From assembly GCA_030700025.1 (NCBI GenBank), contig JAUYKI010000010.1:16648-80647 (forward strand): a stretch of 64,000 nucleotides of DNA. The letters are read 5' to 3'. Positions within the stretch are counted from its first letter, which is position 1. Every line of letters begins with the position of its first letter. The position numbers and the translations under genes are program-made. This DNA is from a bacterium. GTDB lineage: Bacteria > Patescibacteriota > Minisyncoccia > UBA6257 > 02-FULL-45-10c. Below the pieces are notes generated by a model that ran no database searches, had not been told where the DNA came from, and saw nothing but the letters and a program-made list of their open reading frames with translations. Positions 47,127-56,960 of this stretch are shown here, piece by piece.

Positions 47127-48212
47127 CTACTTAGCGAATGGATTCTTCGCGTTCCTAACCTCAAAGTGAAGATGACACCCGGTTGGGCCGTGAACATTTC
47201 CGGTATTGCCGATATAACCAATGGAATCTCCCTTTAATACATAATCGCCCGGCGAAACAACATTTCTTTGATTGTGGGAATATTTCGTGAAAGTGCCATT
47301 GGAGTGCTCGATTAAAATATAATTTCCGTAACCATCGTTCCAGCCGTTATTGGAAACTGATTCTAAAATTAATCCTTCGGCCGCGGCATAAATCGGCGTT
47401 CCGCAAGCATTGGCAATGTCTACGGCATTATAATTGTGAAGACGGCCCCAATTCCAGCCGGTAGTCGGAATTGCGAAATAACCGGATAAGTCGGGCAAAC
47501 TCGCCAACGATGCCAGCCGGGAACTTTGAACCGGCTTAGCGTCCGGAATAATAATATTAGAACCAACCACCAATTCCTGCCGAGCGCTAAGATTCAGCTG
47601 TAAAATTCTTTGAACATCAATGGAATAAAGATTAGCGATGGATTCCAAAGTTTCACCGGCCTGCACTTGGTGCAACACTCCGGACACCGGTAAAATCATT
47701 ATTTCCTGCCCCGGCGATAATAAGCGCGCTTTTACGCTCGGATTCGCCCAAAAAATCGTATTTAAAGAAATGCCGAAATTCGCGGCAATTTTGGATAAAT
47801 TATCTCCTGATTGGACTTTATAAATCAACAATCCATCCCTCGTCGGCAAAACATTACTCAGCGGATTGCCCGAATTCAGCAAGGCGTCGCTATCCACGAT
47901 AATAAAATTAATTCCGCCCTCGCCGCTGAATGACCCGCTATCTATCGGGAAAAAACTTTCCACGCTGGCGGTATTGCCGACAACCAGAATATTTTCCGCG
48001 CCGAAAGCCAGCGAATAAAAGCGTTCGCTGTCTATGGGTTGCCGAGAGTAGAACAAAAGGAGTAGATTAGTAACAGACGCAACCAAAACTAAAACAACCG
48101 GCATAGCGGTTGTCAGATTCTCTCTAAACCAGGATAAAATTTTACCCAATTTATTTTTCAACCCTATCATTATAACAATGAGCCGTCCGAAACTCAATCC
48201 CACACATAACAA
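47127..48212 (-). CDS. LysM plus M23 family peptidase
   Basis: Two LysM repeats; H...D, YSH, GNTG, HLHFEV. Confidence 0.92.
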   Translation of the reverse strand: MLCVGLSFGRLIVIMIGLKNKLGKILSWFRENLTTAMPVVLVLVASVTNLLLLFYSRQPIDSERFYSLAFGAENILVVGNTASVESFFPIDSGSFSGEGGINFIIVDSDALLNSGNPLSNVLPTRDGLLIYKVQSGDNLSKIAANFGISLNTIFWANPSVKARLLSPGQEIMILPVSGVLHQVQAGETLESIANLYSIDVQRILQLNLSARQELVVGSNIIIPDAKPVQSSRLASLASLPDLSGYFAIPTTGWNWGRLHNYNAVDIANACGTPIYAAAEGLILESVSNNGWNDGYGNYILIEHSNGTFTKYSHNQRNVVSPGDYVLKGDSIGYIGNTGNVHGPTGCHLHFEVRNAKNPFAK

Positions 48213-48310
48213 AGACCGTAAGATAATTGAACTATAACCATGATATTAAAATCAAAATGTCGCATTAAATTAAAAACTGAAGAATTGCGAAAAACTTCGC
48301 AGTCTTTGTT

Positions 48311-50110
48311 ATGGGTGGGATCAATCCATTAAATAATTTATCCGAACAGCAAAAAAAAGCTGTCCAGCATCCCGCCGGGCCGATTTTGATTGCCGCCGGC
48401 GCCGGATCCGGAAAAACCCACACCCTCACCAGCCGTTTGGCGCATTTATTAAAATCCGGGGTTCGGCCGGAAAATATTATTGCCATTACTTTTACCAATA
48501 AGGCGGCCAAAGAAATGCGGAGCCGGGTTAATGGTCAGGGGTCAATAGTTAATAGTCTGTTCATCGGGACCTTCCACTCGCTCGGCGTTCAAATTTTGAA
48601 AAATGAAGCTGGGCTGGTTAATCGAAGCCGGAATTTTACTATTTTTGACGAAGACGATTCCCAAAGCCTGCTCAAAAATATTTTGAAAGAGTTAAATCTT
48701 GCCAAAGAAAAATTCAATCCCATGAAAGTTTCCAACCGGATTTCCCAGATTAAAAATGAGGTTTTAGACGATGATGAATTAAAGCCAGAGAATAGTTATG
48801 AAAAAATTATTTTATCGGTTTACGCGAAATACGAAGAAGCGCTCAAACAATATAATGCTTTTGATTTTGACGATTTAATTGAAAAGGTGGTGCGGATTTT
48901 CCGGAATCATCCGGAGATTTTAGAAAAATACCAAAACCGCTGGCAGCAAATCTTGGTGGATGAGTATCAGGACGTTAACACCAGCCAATATCTTTTGATA
49001 AGAATGCTGGCGCAAAAACACCAAAATCTTTTTGTTATCGGCGACGACGCTCAAAGCATTTATTCTTTCCGCGGTTCCGATTTCCGCAATTTCCTGAATT
49101 TTGACACCGACTGGCCAACCGCCGCCGTAATTAAACTGGAAGAAAATTACCGCTCCACTAAAAATATCATAGCTTCGGCTTCGGCCCTGATTCAAAATAA
49201 TAAGCTGCAAAAGCCGAAAGGCCTTTGGACCCAGAATCAAGAAGGATCGCTAATCCGCGTCAGCGCTTACCAGAGTCCGGAGGAAGAAGCCTGGAGCATT
49301 GCCGAAAAAATTCGGGAATTGCTCAAGGCCGGAGAAAATATCAAAGATATCGCGATTCTTTACCGCACCAATGCCCAGTCCCGCGCCCTGGAACAGGCAA
49401 TGATCCAAAACCAAATTCCTTATGAAATTTTCGGGGGGTTAAAATTCTATGCCCGGAAAGAAATCAAGGACTTAATCGCCGGTTTGCGATACGCCACTAA
49501 CCCCAAAGACAGCCTAAGCGCGGAACGGATAGTGAAGAATTTCACCAAAACCCAAAGCAAAGCGCTACTGGAAGAACTCCCTCGATTAGCCGGAGAATTA
49601 TCCATAATTGAGCTATTAAATTATATTTTGACCAACACGAATTATTTTGAATACCTGGAGACCCACTTTAAAAATCCGGATGAACGGCGGGAAAACATTA
49701 AAGAATTGATTCATTTCGCTTCCGGATTTAAAAACGCCCAGGAATTTTTGGAACAAATCGCCTTGGTATCCAGCCTGGATGGCCGGCCCAAGCTGGAAGA
49801 AAATGCCGTTAAGTTTATGTCTATTCATTTAGCCAAGGGGCTGGAATTTAATAATATTTTTATTGCCGGCGCCAACGAAGGATTGTTGCCGCACGAAAGA
49901 TCGCTGGGCAACAATGACGACTTGGAAGAAGAACGGCGTTTAATGTATGTGGCCATGACCCGCGCCAAAAAAAATCTTTTTATCGGCTTTTATGATTTGC
50001 CGTCCCGTTTTTTAGGAGAATTGCCGCCGGAACTGATTGAATTCCAAAAGACCACCAGTTACGGAACCGAGAACCGAGATTGGGACGACGAGACAATTTA
50101 TCTGGAATAA
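48311..50110 (+). CDS. pcrA: UvrD/PcrA DNA helicase
   Basis: AGAGSGKT, DEYQD, GDDAQSIY.FRG, NYRST, AKGLEF, EERRLMYVAMTRA. Confidence 0.93.
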   Translation: MGGINPLNNLSEQQKKAVQHPAGPILIAAGAGSGKTHTLTSRLAHLLKSGVRPENIIAITFTNKAAKEMRSRVNGQGSIVNSLFIGTFHSLGVQILKNEAGLVNRSRNFTIFDEDDSQSLLKNILKELNLAKEKFNPMKVSNRISQIKNEVLDDDELKPENSYEKIILSVYAKYEEALKQYNAFDFDDLIEKVVRIFRNHPEILEKYQNRWQQILVDEYQDVNTSQYLLIRMLAQKHQNLFVIGDDAQSIYSFRGSDFRNFLNFDTDWPTAAVIKLEENYRSTKNIIASASALIQNNKLQKPKGLWTQNQEGSLIRVSAYQSPEEEAWSIAEKIRELLKAGENIKDIAILYRTNAQSRALEQAMIQNQIPYEIFGGLKFYARKEIKDLIAGLRYATNPKDSLSAERIVKNFTKTQSKALLEELPRLAGELSIIELLNYILTNTNYFEYLETHFKNPDERRENIKELIHFASGFKNAQEFLEQIALVSSLDGRPKLEENAVKFMSIHLAKGLEFNNIFIAGANEGLLPHERSLGNNDDLEEERRLMYVAMTRAKKNLFIGFYDLPSRFLGELPPELIEFQKTTSYGTENRDWDDETIYLE

Positions 50111-50121
50111 AAGATATTCTT

Positions 50122-50940
50122 ATGCGGCAAAAACTTGGGCAACACTTTTTAATCAATAAATCCGCTATTCAAAAAATAGTGGCGGCTTTAAATTTACAGC
50201 CCAACGATACGGTTATTGAAATTGGCCCGGGCAAGGGCTCGCTGACTCTTCCTCTGATAAAAATCTGCCGAGAAATAAATTGCCAATTGATTGCGGTAGA
50301 AAAAGACCCCACGCTCGCCAAGGAACTTGGCGAGAATATCCAAATTACAAATCACAAATTACAAATTATTGAGGGCGATGCGCTTAAAGTTTTGTCCGGC
50401 ATCATTCCTAATTCCTTATTCAAAATTCAAAAATATAAAGTTGTCGGCAACATTCCTTATTACATCACGGGAAAATTACTGCGGGTTTTAAGCGAATTGG
50501 AAAACAAGCCGGAATTAACTATTCTCATGATCCAAAGAGAAGTGGCGGAGAGAGTTTGCGCCCAACAGCCGAAAATGAATTTACTTGCCGCCGCTGTCCA
50601 ATTTTGGGCCAATCCCGCTATGCTTTTTACTCTACAACCTAGCGACTTTAGCCCCCCGCCCCAAGTGGAGTCGGCGGTGATAAAGCTGGCCTTACGGACC
50701 GCCGCCAATAGCTCCCAGCCCGATAACTATTACCGGCTAATTCGGGCTGTTTATAAACAACCCCGCAAAACCCTGTTCAATAACCTCCGATCCGGACTGG
50801 AGATAAGGGAAAATGAGCTTAAAACCGCCCTCAAAACCCTCAAAATTGACCCCGAAAGCCGGCCCCAAAATCTCTCCCTTGCCCAACTAGAGTTACTAAC
50901 TAATCTTCTATTTGTTTCTCTCGGAAAAAAAGAGTTATAA
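50122..50940 (+). CDS. rsmA: 16S rRNA adenine dimethyltransferase KsgA
   Basis: LGQHFL, EIGPG.G.LT, GNIPYYIT, MIQREVAER. Confidence 0.95.
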   Translation: MRQKLGQHFLINKSAIQKIVAALNLQPNDTVIEIGPGKGSLTLPLIKICREINCQLIAVEKDPTLAKELGENIQITNHKLQIIEGDALKVLSGIIPNSLFKIQKYKVVGNIPYYITGKLLRVLSELENKPELTILMIQREVAERVCAQQPKMNLLAAAVQFWANPAMLFTLQPSDFSPPPQVESAVIKLALRTAANSSQPDNYYRLIRAVYKQPRKTLFNNLRSGLEIRENELKTALKTLKIDPESRPQNLSLAQLELLTNLLFVSLGKKEL

Positions 50941-50973
50941 TAATAACAGATACTTATAATAAAGTATCTCAAA

Positions 50974-51888
50974 ATGTTCCGTATTTTTCTCTCAACTGCA
51001 ATTATCAGCCTGGGGCTTGCCGGCGGTTTTTACTTTGTTACCAGCTATCATTTGCCAACTGCTCCCCAAAGCCAACCAACTGCTTTAACGCTTAACAACA
51101 ATCCTGTTTCCAACCAGCCATTAGTGGAACAGTTAATGCCCCCATCTTTAGAAAATTATTTGGCTGGCGGCTTGCTGGCAGAATCTTCTTGGACCGAAGG
51201 CGGCTTAGCCAGCGAAATTTCAGGGGACCTGGCCCAATTCTTAATTGAAAATAATCCGGAAGAGCCCGACGTTTCCGGCGGTAAACAATTTATCCAAGTT
51301 CCAACGGAGCAAGATGTCTTAAACAGTATCTTAGCTAAAAGTTCTGACAAATTAAATGATTTGCGGCCAATCATCAGCGATGCCGATTTAAATATTTCCG
51401 CTTCCGTTGCCAATGAAGATCTGAAAAATTACAGCAGCCGCGTAAAAAATCTTTTGGCCGGGTACCGCTCTGGATTAACTACTGCTTTCAACCAGCAACA
51501 GGCCGATATCGCCAAGCTTTACCAAGCCGATAGCGGCCAATTTTTAAATAATCTGGCCAGTCCCGAGAGCTCGATAAACAACCCCGAGGTTCAAAAACAA
51601 TATCTCGGCCTGATGTTTTTAAACTATAAATATTTTTCCAATTTAATACTACTTTTGAGCGGTTTAGAGGGTAAATTATATGCCGTTTCTGTTCCTCGGC
51701 CGGCAATAGAACTTCATAAAAATCTGCTTTCTTTAGTAATTGCCAGAAAAAATATCCTAACCGAAATCCAAACTCCGAAAACCAGGGATCCATTAACCAC
51801 GCTTTTGAACCAGCAAATGCTGCAAACTATTGATTCGGAATTTGCCCATTGGATGGAAGTTTTGCCTAATCTAAGCGCAGAATCTTAA
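50974..51888 (+). CDS. Exported hypothetical protein of the T4SS-like locus
   Basis: N-terminal anchor; VP..A.ELH..LL motif. Confidence 0.65.
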   Translation: MFRIFLSTAIISLGLAGGFYFVTSYHLPTAPQSQPTALTLNNNPVSNQPLVEQLMPPSLENYLAGGLLAESSWTEGGLASEISGDLAQFLIENNPEEPDVSGGKQFIQVPTEQDVLNSILAKSSDKLNDLRPIISDADLNISASVANEDLKNYSSRVKNLLAGYRSGLTTAFNQQQADIAKLYQADSGQFLNNLASPESSINNPEVQKQYLGLMFLNYKYFSNLILLLSGLEGKLYAVSVPRPAIELHKNLLSLVIARKNILTEIQTPKTRDPLTTLLNQQMLQTIDSEFAHWMEVLPNLSAES

Positions 51889-51891
51889 ACT

Positions 51892-53067
51892 ATGGCGACT
51901 AAACTTAGTTCAAAAATTATTATAACGGTGTTAATCTTAGCCATTATTTTGACGCCTTTTAATCGGGGTTTGCAACTGCAAAAAACTAATGCCAGCTGGC
52001 TCTCGGAAGCCATTGATGCGTTGGATCCCACCAATGTAGAAATAAATTTTGATGCCGAAAAGTTTAAACAAGATTGTTATGCCGCTGGGGTTCCCCACGA
52101 CCAATGCGATCAGGCAGCGGCAGACCAGCAAGCGGCAGTGGACGAAGCTAACGCAGAAGACGATGGAGGGTTTTTAGATTTTCTAGATGCGCTTAGCATT
52201 GGTGAAGTAACCGTCGCCGCCTTAGGCGTATTTTATCTAGCCGTTTGTCTGCCCACCACCCAAGTCCCAGTAGCTACCGGCGTCGGAGCTGCGGGTATTG
52301 CTACCGCAGCCGGCACTGGCCTTGGCCCCGGTCCCGCGGCAGCCGTTCCTTTTATCACCAGCGTTTGCGATTCCATTAAAAAAGCGCTAAATCAAGCCTT
52401 TAAACAGCAAATTCTCCAAGCCCTAGTCAACGATATTACCGCTTGGATTAAAAGAGGATACAAAGGAAAAGTTATTGTTACCGATTGGAGGGAATTGGTA
52501 TCCAATGCCGGCCAAGCCGCGGTCGGTGAATTCGCCCAATCCATCGGCGCGGGATTTTTATGTTCACCATTTAATTTCCAAATCCAATTTTTGTTAACCG
52601 AGCATCCAGATTTTGATACTAAAGCAAGGTGCACTTTAGACGATATTGTCGGCAACATTGATAATTTTTATACCGATTTCCGGCAGGGCGGCTGGATTGC
52701 TTACCAGACATCCTGGGCTCCGCAGAATAATTTTTACGGCGCCACCTTGCTGGCTATCCGCGAAGCCAACCGAGTGCATGATGAAGCCGCCGATGCCGCC
52801 AAAAATGAAGGCATCGCCAACCAAGGATTCCTTTCTCAAAAAAATTGCGTAACTGTCGCGCTTCCCGGCGGCGGAACCAAAGAGCAATGCACCACAACCA
52901 ACCCCGGCAGTCTCATTGGCAATGCCGCCGCCGAAGTTTTGGTGAAAACCCCGATTGGAGCGGTTATTGGCGCGGATGAATTGGGCGGATACTTAAAAGT
53001 TATTATTGATACCGCCCTTAATGAACTAATTAAAAAGCAGGTTGATGACGTGAAACAAGGATTTTAG
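51892..53067 (+). CDS. Exported Cys-containing protein of the T4SS-like locus
   Basis: Signal peptide; LCSPF, CTL, F.QGGW, GFLSQK.C, C.TTNPG. Confidence 0.65.
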   Translation: MATKLSSKIIITVLILAIILTPFNRGLQLQKTNASWLSEAIDALDPTNVEINFDAEKFKQDCYAAGVPHDQCDQAAADQQAAVDEANAEDDGGFLDFLDALSIGEVTVAALGVFYLAVCLPTTQVPVATGVGAAGIATAAGTGLGPGPAAAVPFITSVCDSIKKALNQAFKQQILQALVNDITAWIKRGYKGKVIVTDWRELVSNAGQAAVGEFAQSIGAGFLCSPFNFQIQFLLTEHPDFDTKARCTLDDIVGNIDNFYTDFRQGGWIAYQTSWAPQNNFYGATLLAIREANRVHDEAADAAKNEGIANQGFLSQKNCVTVALPGGGTKEQCTTTNPGSLIGNAAAEVLVKTPIGAVIGADELGGYLKVIIDTALNELIKKQVDDVKQGF

Positions 53068-53073
53068 AAAATT

Positions 53074-54954
53074 ATGTTTAAGAATACTTATTTTAAAGTT
53101 TTACTTTTCGCGGTTCTGATTTTAATTATTTATTTCGGACAAACTCACACCGCGGAAGCGGCGTGGTGGAATCCTCTTTCTTGGATCGCTCCAGACCTTA
53201 ACACCGCCCTCGCGGGTTTACTAGGATTAGCCGGACAGGTAGCTGGAGCTTTCCTGGGCATAGCCGGAGCTTTGGCCAATTGGTCTCTTCAGTTCAACCA
53301 AAGCCTGCTCAGCAGCCCGCTGGTACAAAACGGCTGGCTGATTACCCGCGATTTAGCCAACCTGGGCTTTGTCCTCGCCATCATTGTTATTGCTTTTGCC
53401 ACTATTCTTCGGCTGGAAAGTTATGAAATGAAAAAAACTATTGGCCGTTTGATTATCGCGGCCTTACTCGTGAATTTCAGCTTGGTTATTGCCGGAGTGT
53501 TTTTGGATTTTTCCGCCATTTTAACCAACTTTTTTATTACCCGGGCGGGCGGAAATGATTTTGGCGCCGCCATTGCTTCCAGCTTTAAAGTAAATGCCCT
53601 ATTGCAAACCGAAGCCAGCGCCGCTCAAGCGGTAGCCCAAGATTTTGGAATTTTTATTATGGCTCTGGTGTTTATTACGGTTCTCACCATTGTGGCCGCA
53701 GTCGCTCTCTTGGCCCTGGCCGGAATGCTGATTACCCGGGCCTTAGCGCTGATGTTGCTTTTAATCACCGCGCCTCTTGCTTGGTTAGCCTGGGTCATTC
53801 CGGATTTTCAAAGCCACTGGAATGAGTGGTGGAATAAATTCTTTAAATGGGTTTGGTTCGCGCCAATGGCCGCTTTTTTCATTTATCTCGCGGTGGTTAT
53901 CGGACCGACGGCCGTTATTACGATGGATATTAAAAATGCCGGGGCTTTAACCTCGCTGATTAAAAATTTGGGCGCTGTTCTCGCGCAAATGATTACGGTG
54001 ATCGGAATCCTGCTGGGCGGATTAAAAGTTTCCTCGGACATGGGAAGTAAATTAGCCGGAGCCACTATTACCAAAGTTAATAGCTGGAAAGATAGAGCCG
54101 TGGCCGCTCCGGGAAAAACATTCCAAAGAGTTTTGCGCACCGGAGGTTATCAATCCGAACAGCGGGATGAGCGGGGCAATATCCTGAGGCCCGGAGGCAG
54201 CTCGCTTCAAAGAATCACTGCTAAGTTTACTGGCGTTCCGGTTGTCGGAGGAGCAGTCAGAGCAGTTAACCAATGGGCAGCGGCCGGAACCGAAGAACGA
54301 AAAACTAATTTGGATAAAGAGCTGGCCAGCATGGCTAAATCTGATCCGGTGGCATTTGCCAATGCCGGAAAATTGGGGGCCGGAAGCCGGATGAATGACC
54401 CGGTCTTTGCTTCTACATTCATGAAAGCCGCCACCGAAAATAACCGCGTTAAAGACCTTCAGCAATTAAACCCGGCCGGTTTAATCGCGGGCATGCAAAA
54501 AGTTCGCGAACAAAAAGGCGAAAAAGACCTGTATAAGAAAAATCCGCTCCTGGCTAAGCTCGGCCGGACTGATGATAACGGAAAAGTCTTGAAAGAATTT
54601 GAAGATGTTGTCAGCGCGGAAATGACCACCGCCATCAGCAAGATGGCGCCGAAAGACCTGGAAAATATTTCGCCGGAAGCTTTTGAAACTCCGGAAATTA
54701 TCTTTAATTTCACCCAGCCGCAATTTAAATTTTTATCCAACAACGCCAGCGGCGACCAATTAACCAAAATGACCGAGGCGCTGAATAAGTGGCAAGAATC
54801 CTACACCAGCGGTTCCGAAGAGTGGAAAGCTTTAGCCCGGGGAAATAAAGTAAGAGAAGACCAATTAACGCGCGGATTGGATAATTTAGATAAATTCCTG
54901 ACGGAAAATCCTTCCGCCCAAGTATTACAAGCGCAATTCCAAGCTACCGCTTAA
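53074..54954 (+). CDS. VirB6/TrbL-like polytopic membrane protein
   Basis: GW.ITRDLAN, AALLVNFS, TAPLAW, W.EWW.KF. Confidence 0.7.
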   Translation: MFKNTYFKVLLFAVLILIIYFGQTHTAEAAWWNPLSWIAPDLNTALAGLLGLAGQVAGAFLGIAGALANWSLQFNQSLLSSPLVQNGWLITRDLANLGFVLAIIVIAFATILRLESYEMKKTIGRLIIAALLVNFSLVIAGVFLDFSAILTNFFITRAGGNDFGAAIASSFKVNALLQTEASAAQAVAQDFGIFIMALVFITVLTIVAAVALLALAGMLITRALALMLLLITAPLAWLAWVIPDFQSHWNEWWNKFFKWVWFAPMAAFFIYLAVVIGPTAVITMDIKNAGALTSLIKNLGAVLAQMITVIGILLGGLKVSSDMGSKLAGATITKVNSWKDRAVAAPGKTFQRVLRTGGYQSEQRDERGNILRPGGSSLQRITAKFTGVPVVGGAVRAVNQWAAAGTEERKTNLDKELASMAKSDPVAFANAGKLGAGSRMNDPVFASTFMKAATENNRVKDLQQLNPAGLIAGMQKVREQKGEKDLYKKNPLLAKLGRTDDNGKVLKEFEDVVSAEMTTAISKMAPKDLENISPEAFETPEIIFNFTQPQFKFLSNNASGDQLTKMTEALNKWQESYTSGSEEWKALARGNKVREDQLTRGLDNLDKFLTENPSAQVLQAQFQATA

Positions 54955-54969
54955 ATAAATTAATAAACT

Positions 54970-55875
54970 ATGGCCGACATCATACAATTAAAACCATCTA
55001 TCGCCGATTCTTTTAAGGCCTTGCCCGAAAGCATTAAGGACTGGCTGGGTTCGGATTTAATCACTAATTATATTTCCGATATTAATAAGAAACTGGGAAT
55101 TAAAGGAAAAAAGCGCTCTATTATTCCCCGGCTAATAGTTCGATTAGTAACTAAGGATTTATTGCCGGCCGATTTTATCGGCGAACTGGCTAAAACATTA
55201 AATGCTCCGCCAGCCGCCGCTAAAGCAATTGCCCAGGAAATTTTTGATAAAACTCTTCAGCCGATTGAAATCGGGTTGCGCCGAGATATCGGTATAGATG
55301 TCAAAACTATTTTCTTTGGAAAGCCCAGGGAGGTTAAAGAGGGGGGATTAAACCCATTAGAAGCGATGGAATTAGATGCCGCTCCCGCGCCGTTAGCCTT
55401 TGAAGAAAAACCAGCCGAATTAAAACCAACTGTGCCCGTTAAAACAATCGTTGAAACTCCGACCTTTTCGCGGAGCGTTGAGAAAGAAACCTCCGCCAAC
55501 GGAGAAACTCCTATACTTATATATAAGGAAGGCACGGTCGGCCGGATTCCCATAGCCAAGCCGGAAATTACTCTTAAACCGAGAATGGTCCCGCCTTTGC
55601 CCTCCGAAGCCTTGCGCGAAGGAGGGTCCTTGCCTGCTAGTAGCCCTGCCTACCGGCAGGCAGGTTCACGCGAAGGCACGGCGCCATTACCCGCCCGCAA
55701 TCCATTAACACAAGCTTCTTCCCAGCCATCAACGGCCAATGAACCAAAGATCGCCCGAGTGGTTCATTACAGCGACTTCTTTACTCCGCTCAACAACTTT
55801 GGCCTGGATAAAAATCCCAAACAAACTGATTCCGCCTTCGTGGACGGCAATGTCGTTGATTTAAGATTTATTTAA
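54970..55875 (+). CDS. Hypothetical protein (C-terminal GNVVDL), with in-frame repeat insertions
   Basis: Long ORF within the operon. Confidence 0.65.
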   Translation: MADIIQLKPSIADSFKALPESIKDWLGSDLITNYISDINKKLGIKGKKRSIIPRLIVRLVTKDLLPADFIGELAKTLNAPPAAAKAIAQEIFDKTLQPIEIGLRRDIGIDVKTIFFGKPREVKEGGLNPLEAMELDAAPAPLAFEEKPAELKPTVPVKTIVETPTFSRSVEKETSANGETPILIYKEGTVGRIPIAKPEITLKPRMVPPLPSEALREGGSLPASSPAYRQAGSREGTAPLPARNPLTQASSQPSTANEPKIARVVHYSDFFTPLNNFGLDKNPKQTDSAFVDGNVVDLRFI

Positions 55876-55882
55876 AATAATA

Positions 55883-55988
55883 ATGAGATACTAATATACC
55901 AATGCATGCGAATAATACTAATAAAATACGAATATGTAAAAATTAGTATATTATTCGTATAATTAGTACCATTCGTATATTGGCATCA
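55883..55988. repeat. TACTAAT...ATTAGTA periodic inverted element
   Basis: Same units as the flanks of the GxxExxY gene. Confidence 0.75.
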
Positions 55989-56002
55989 TTTAGTGTAAAC
56001 AT

Positions 56003-56491
56003 ATGCAATTTCAAGTTCCACAATTTATAGAAACCGAGGATAAAATTATTGGTCCGCTGACTCTGAAGCAGTTTTTATATTTTGTAGCGGTGGGCGGAAT
56101 CAGTTTTATTTTATTTTTCTTTTTAAAAACCGTTATTTGGCTGATCCTTACTATTTTCATGGCAGTGTTCGCGGCCGCTTTGGCGTTTATAAAAATCAAC
56201 GGCCGGCCGCTTCCGAAAGTATTAATAGCGGCGTTATTTTTCTACATGAAACCGCGGTTATTCTTATGGCAAAGAGAAACTAAGCCGGCCGCGGAGGCCC
56301 CGGCAGAAGAAGGAACGGCCTTGGGGAATCTTTGGCAAAAACTGAATACCAGCACCGCGCCGATTTCCAAAAGAGAAAAAACTTTGTCTAGGCCGTCTAT
56401 GGTAACGCGCGCCAAAGGCAAGGAGGGATTTGAAACTCTGCGAAAGATTACCGGCGAAAAAGAAGAGGCCAAACGAGTAGATTTTAGATAG
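56003..56491 (+). CDS. PrgI family protein
   Basis: QFQVPQFIETEDKIIGPLTLKQF, 2 TMs. Confidence 0.85.
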   Translation: MQFQVPQFIETEDKIIGPLTLKQFLYFVAVGGISFILFFFLKTVIWLILTIFMAVFAAALAFIKINGRPLPKVLIAALFFYMKPRLFLWQRETKPAAEAPAEEGTALGNLWQKLNTSTAPISKREKTLSRPSMVTRAKGKEGFETLRKITGEKEEAKRVDFR

Positions 56492-56509
56492 CGTAATACC
56501 AATATACAA

Positions 56510-56920
56510 ATGCGTGCGAATAATACAAATACTAAATTAATTTATCCCGAGCTTTCTTATACAATCACTGGCATTTGCTTTGATACTCACAATACTATTG
56601 GCAGATATGGTCGGGAAAAACAATATTCGGATGAAATCGAAAAACGGCTTAAAGGAATAGCAATGCCTTATAAGAGAGAGTTTCCGATTGCTAATACCGG
56701 CAATATACTGGATTTTTTAATAGATAATAAAATTATTTTAGAATTGAAAACCAAAATAACCGTTGATCGCCAAGACTATTACCAAGTACAAAGGTACTTG
56801 CAAGCTTCAAATATAAAATTGGGTTTGTTGATAAATTTTCAAGCTAAATATCTTAAGCCATTAAGGATTGTCAGAATTGATACGGCGGCCAGAAGCAATT
56901 TTAATGATTTATTAGTATAA
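56510..56920 (+). CDS. GxxExxY PD-(D/E)XK family protein flanked by periodic repeats
   Basis: [31 protein letters not shown]...YL...GLLINF. Confidence 0.88.
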   Translation: MRANNTNTKLIYPELSYTITGICFDTHNTIGRYGREKQYSDEIEKRLKGIAMPYKREFPIANTGNILDFLIDNKIILELKTKITVDRQDYYQVQRYLQASNIKLGLLINFQAKYLKPLRIVRIDTAARSNFNDLLV

Positions 56921-56960
56921 TTAGTATTATTAGTATGAATTAGTATATTAGCATTACATT

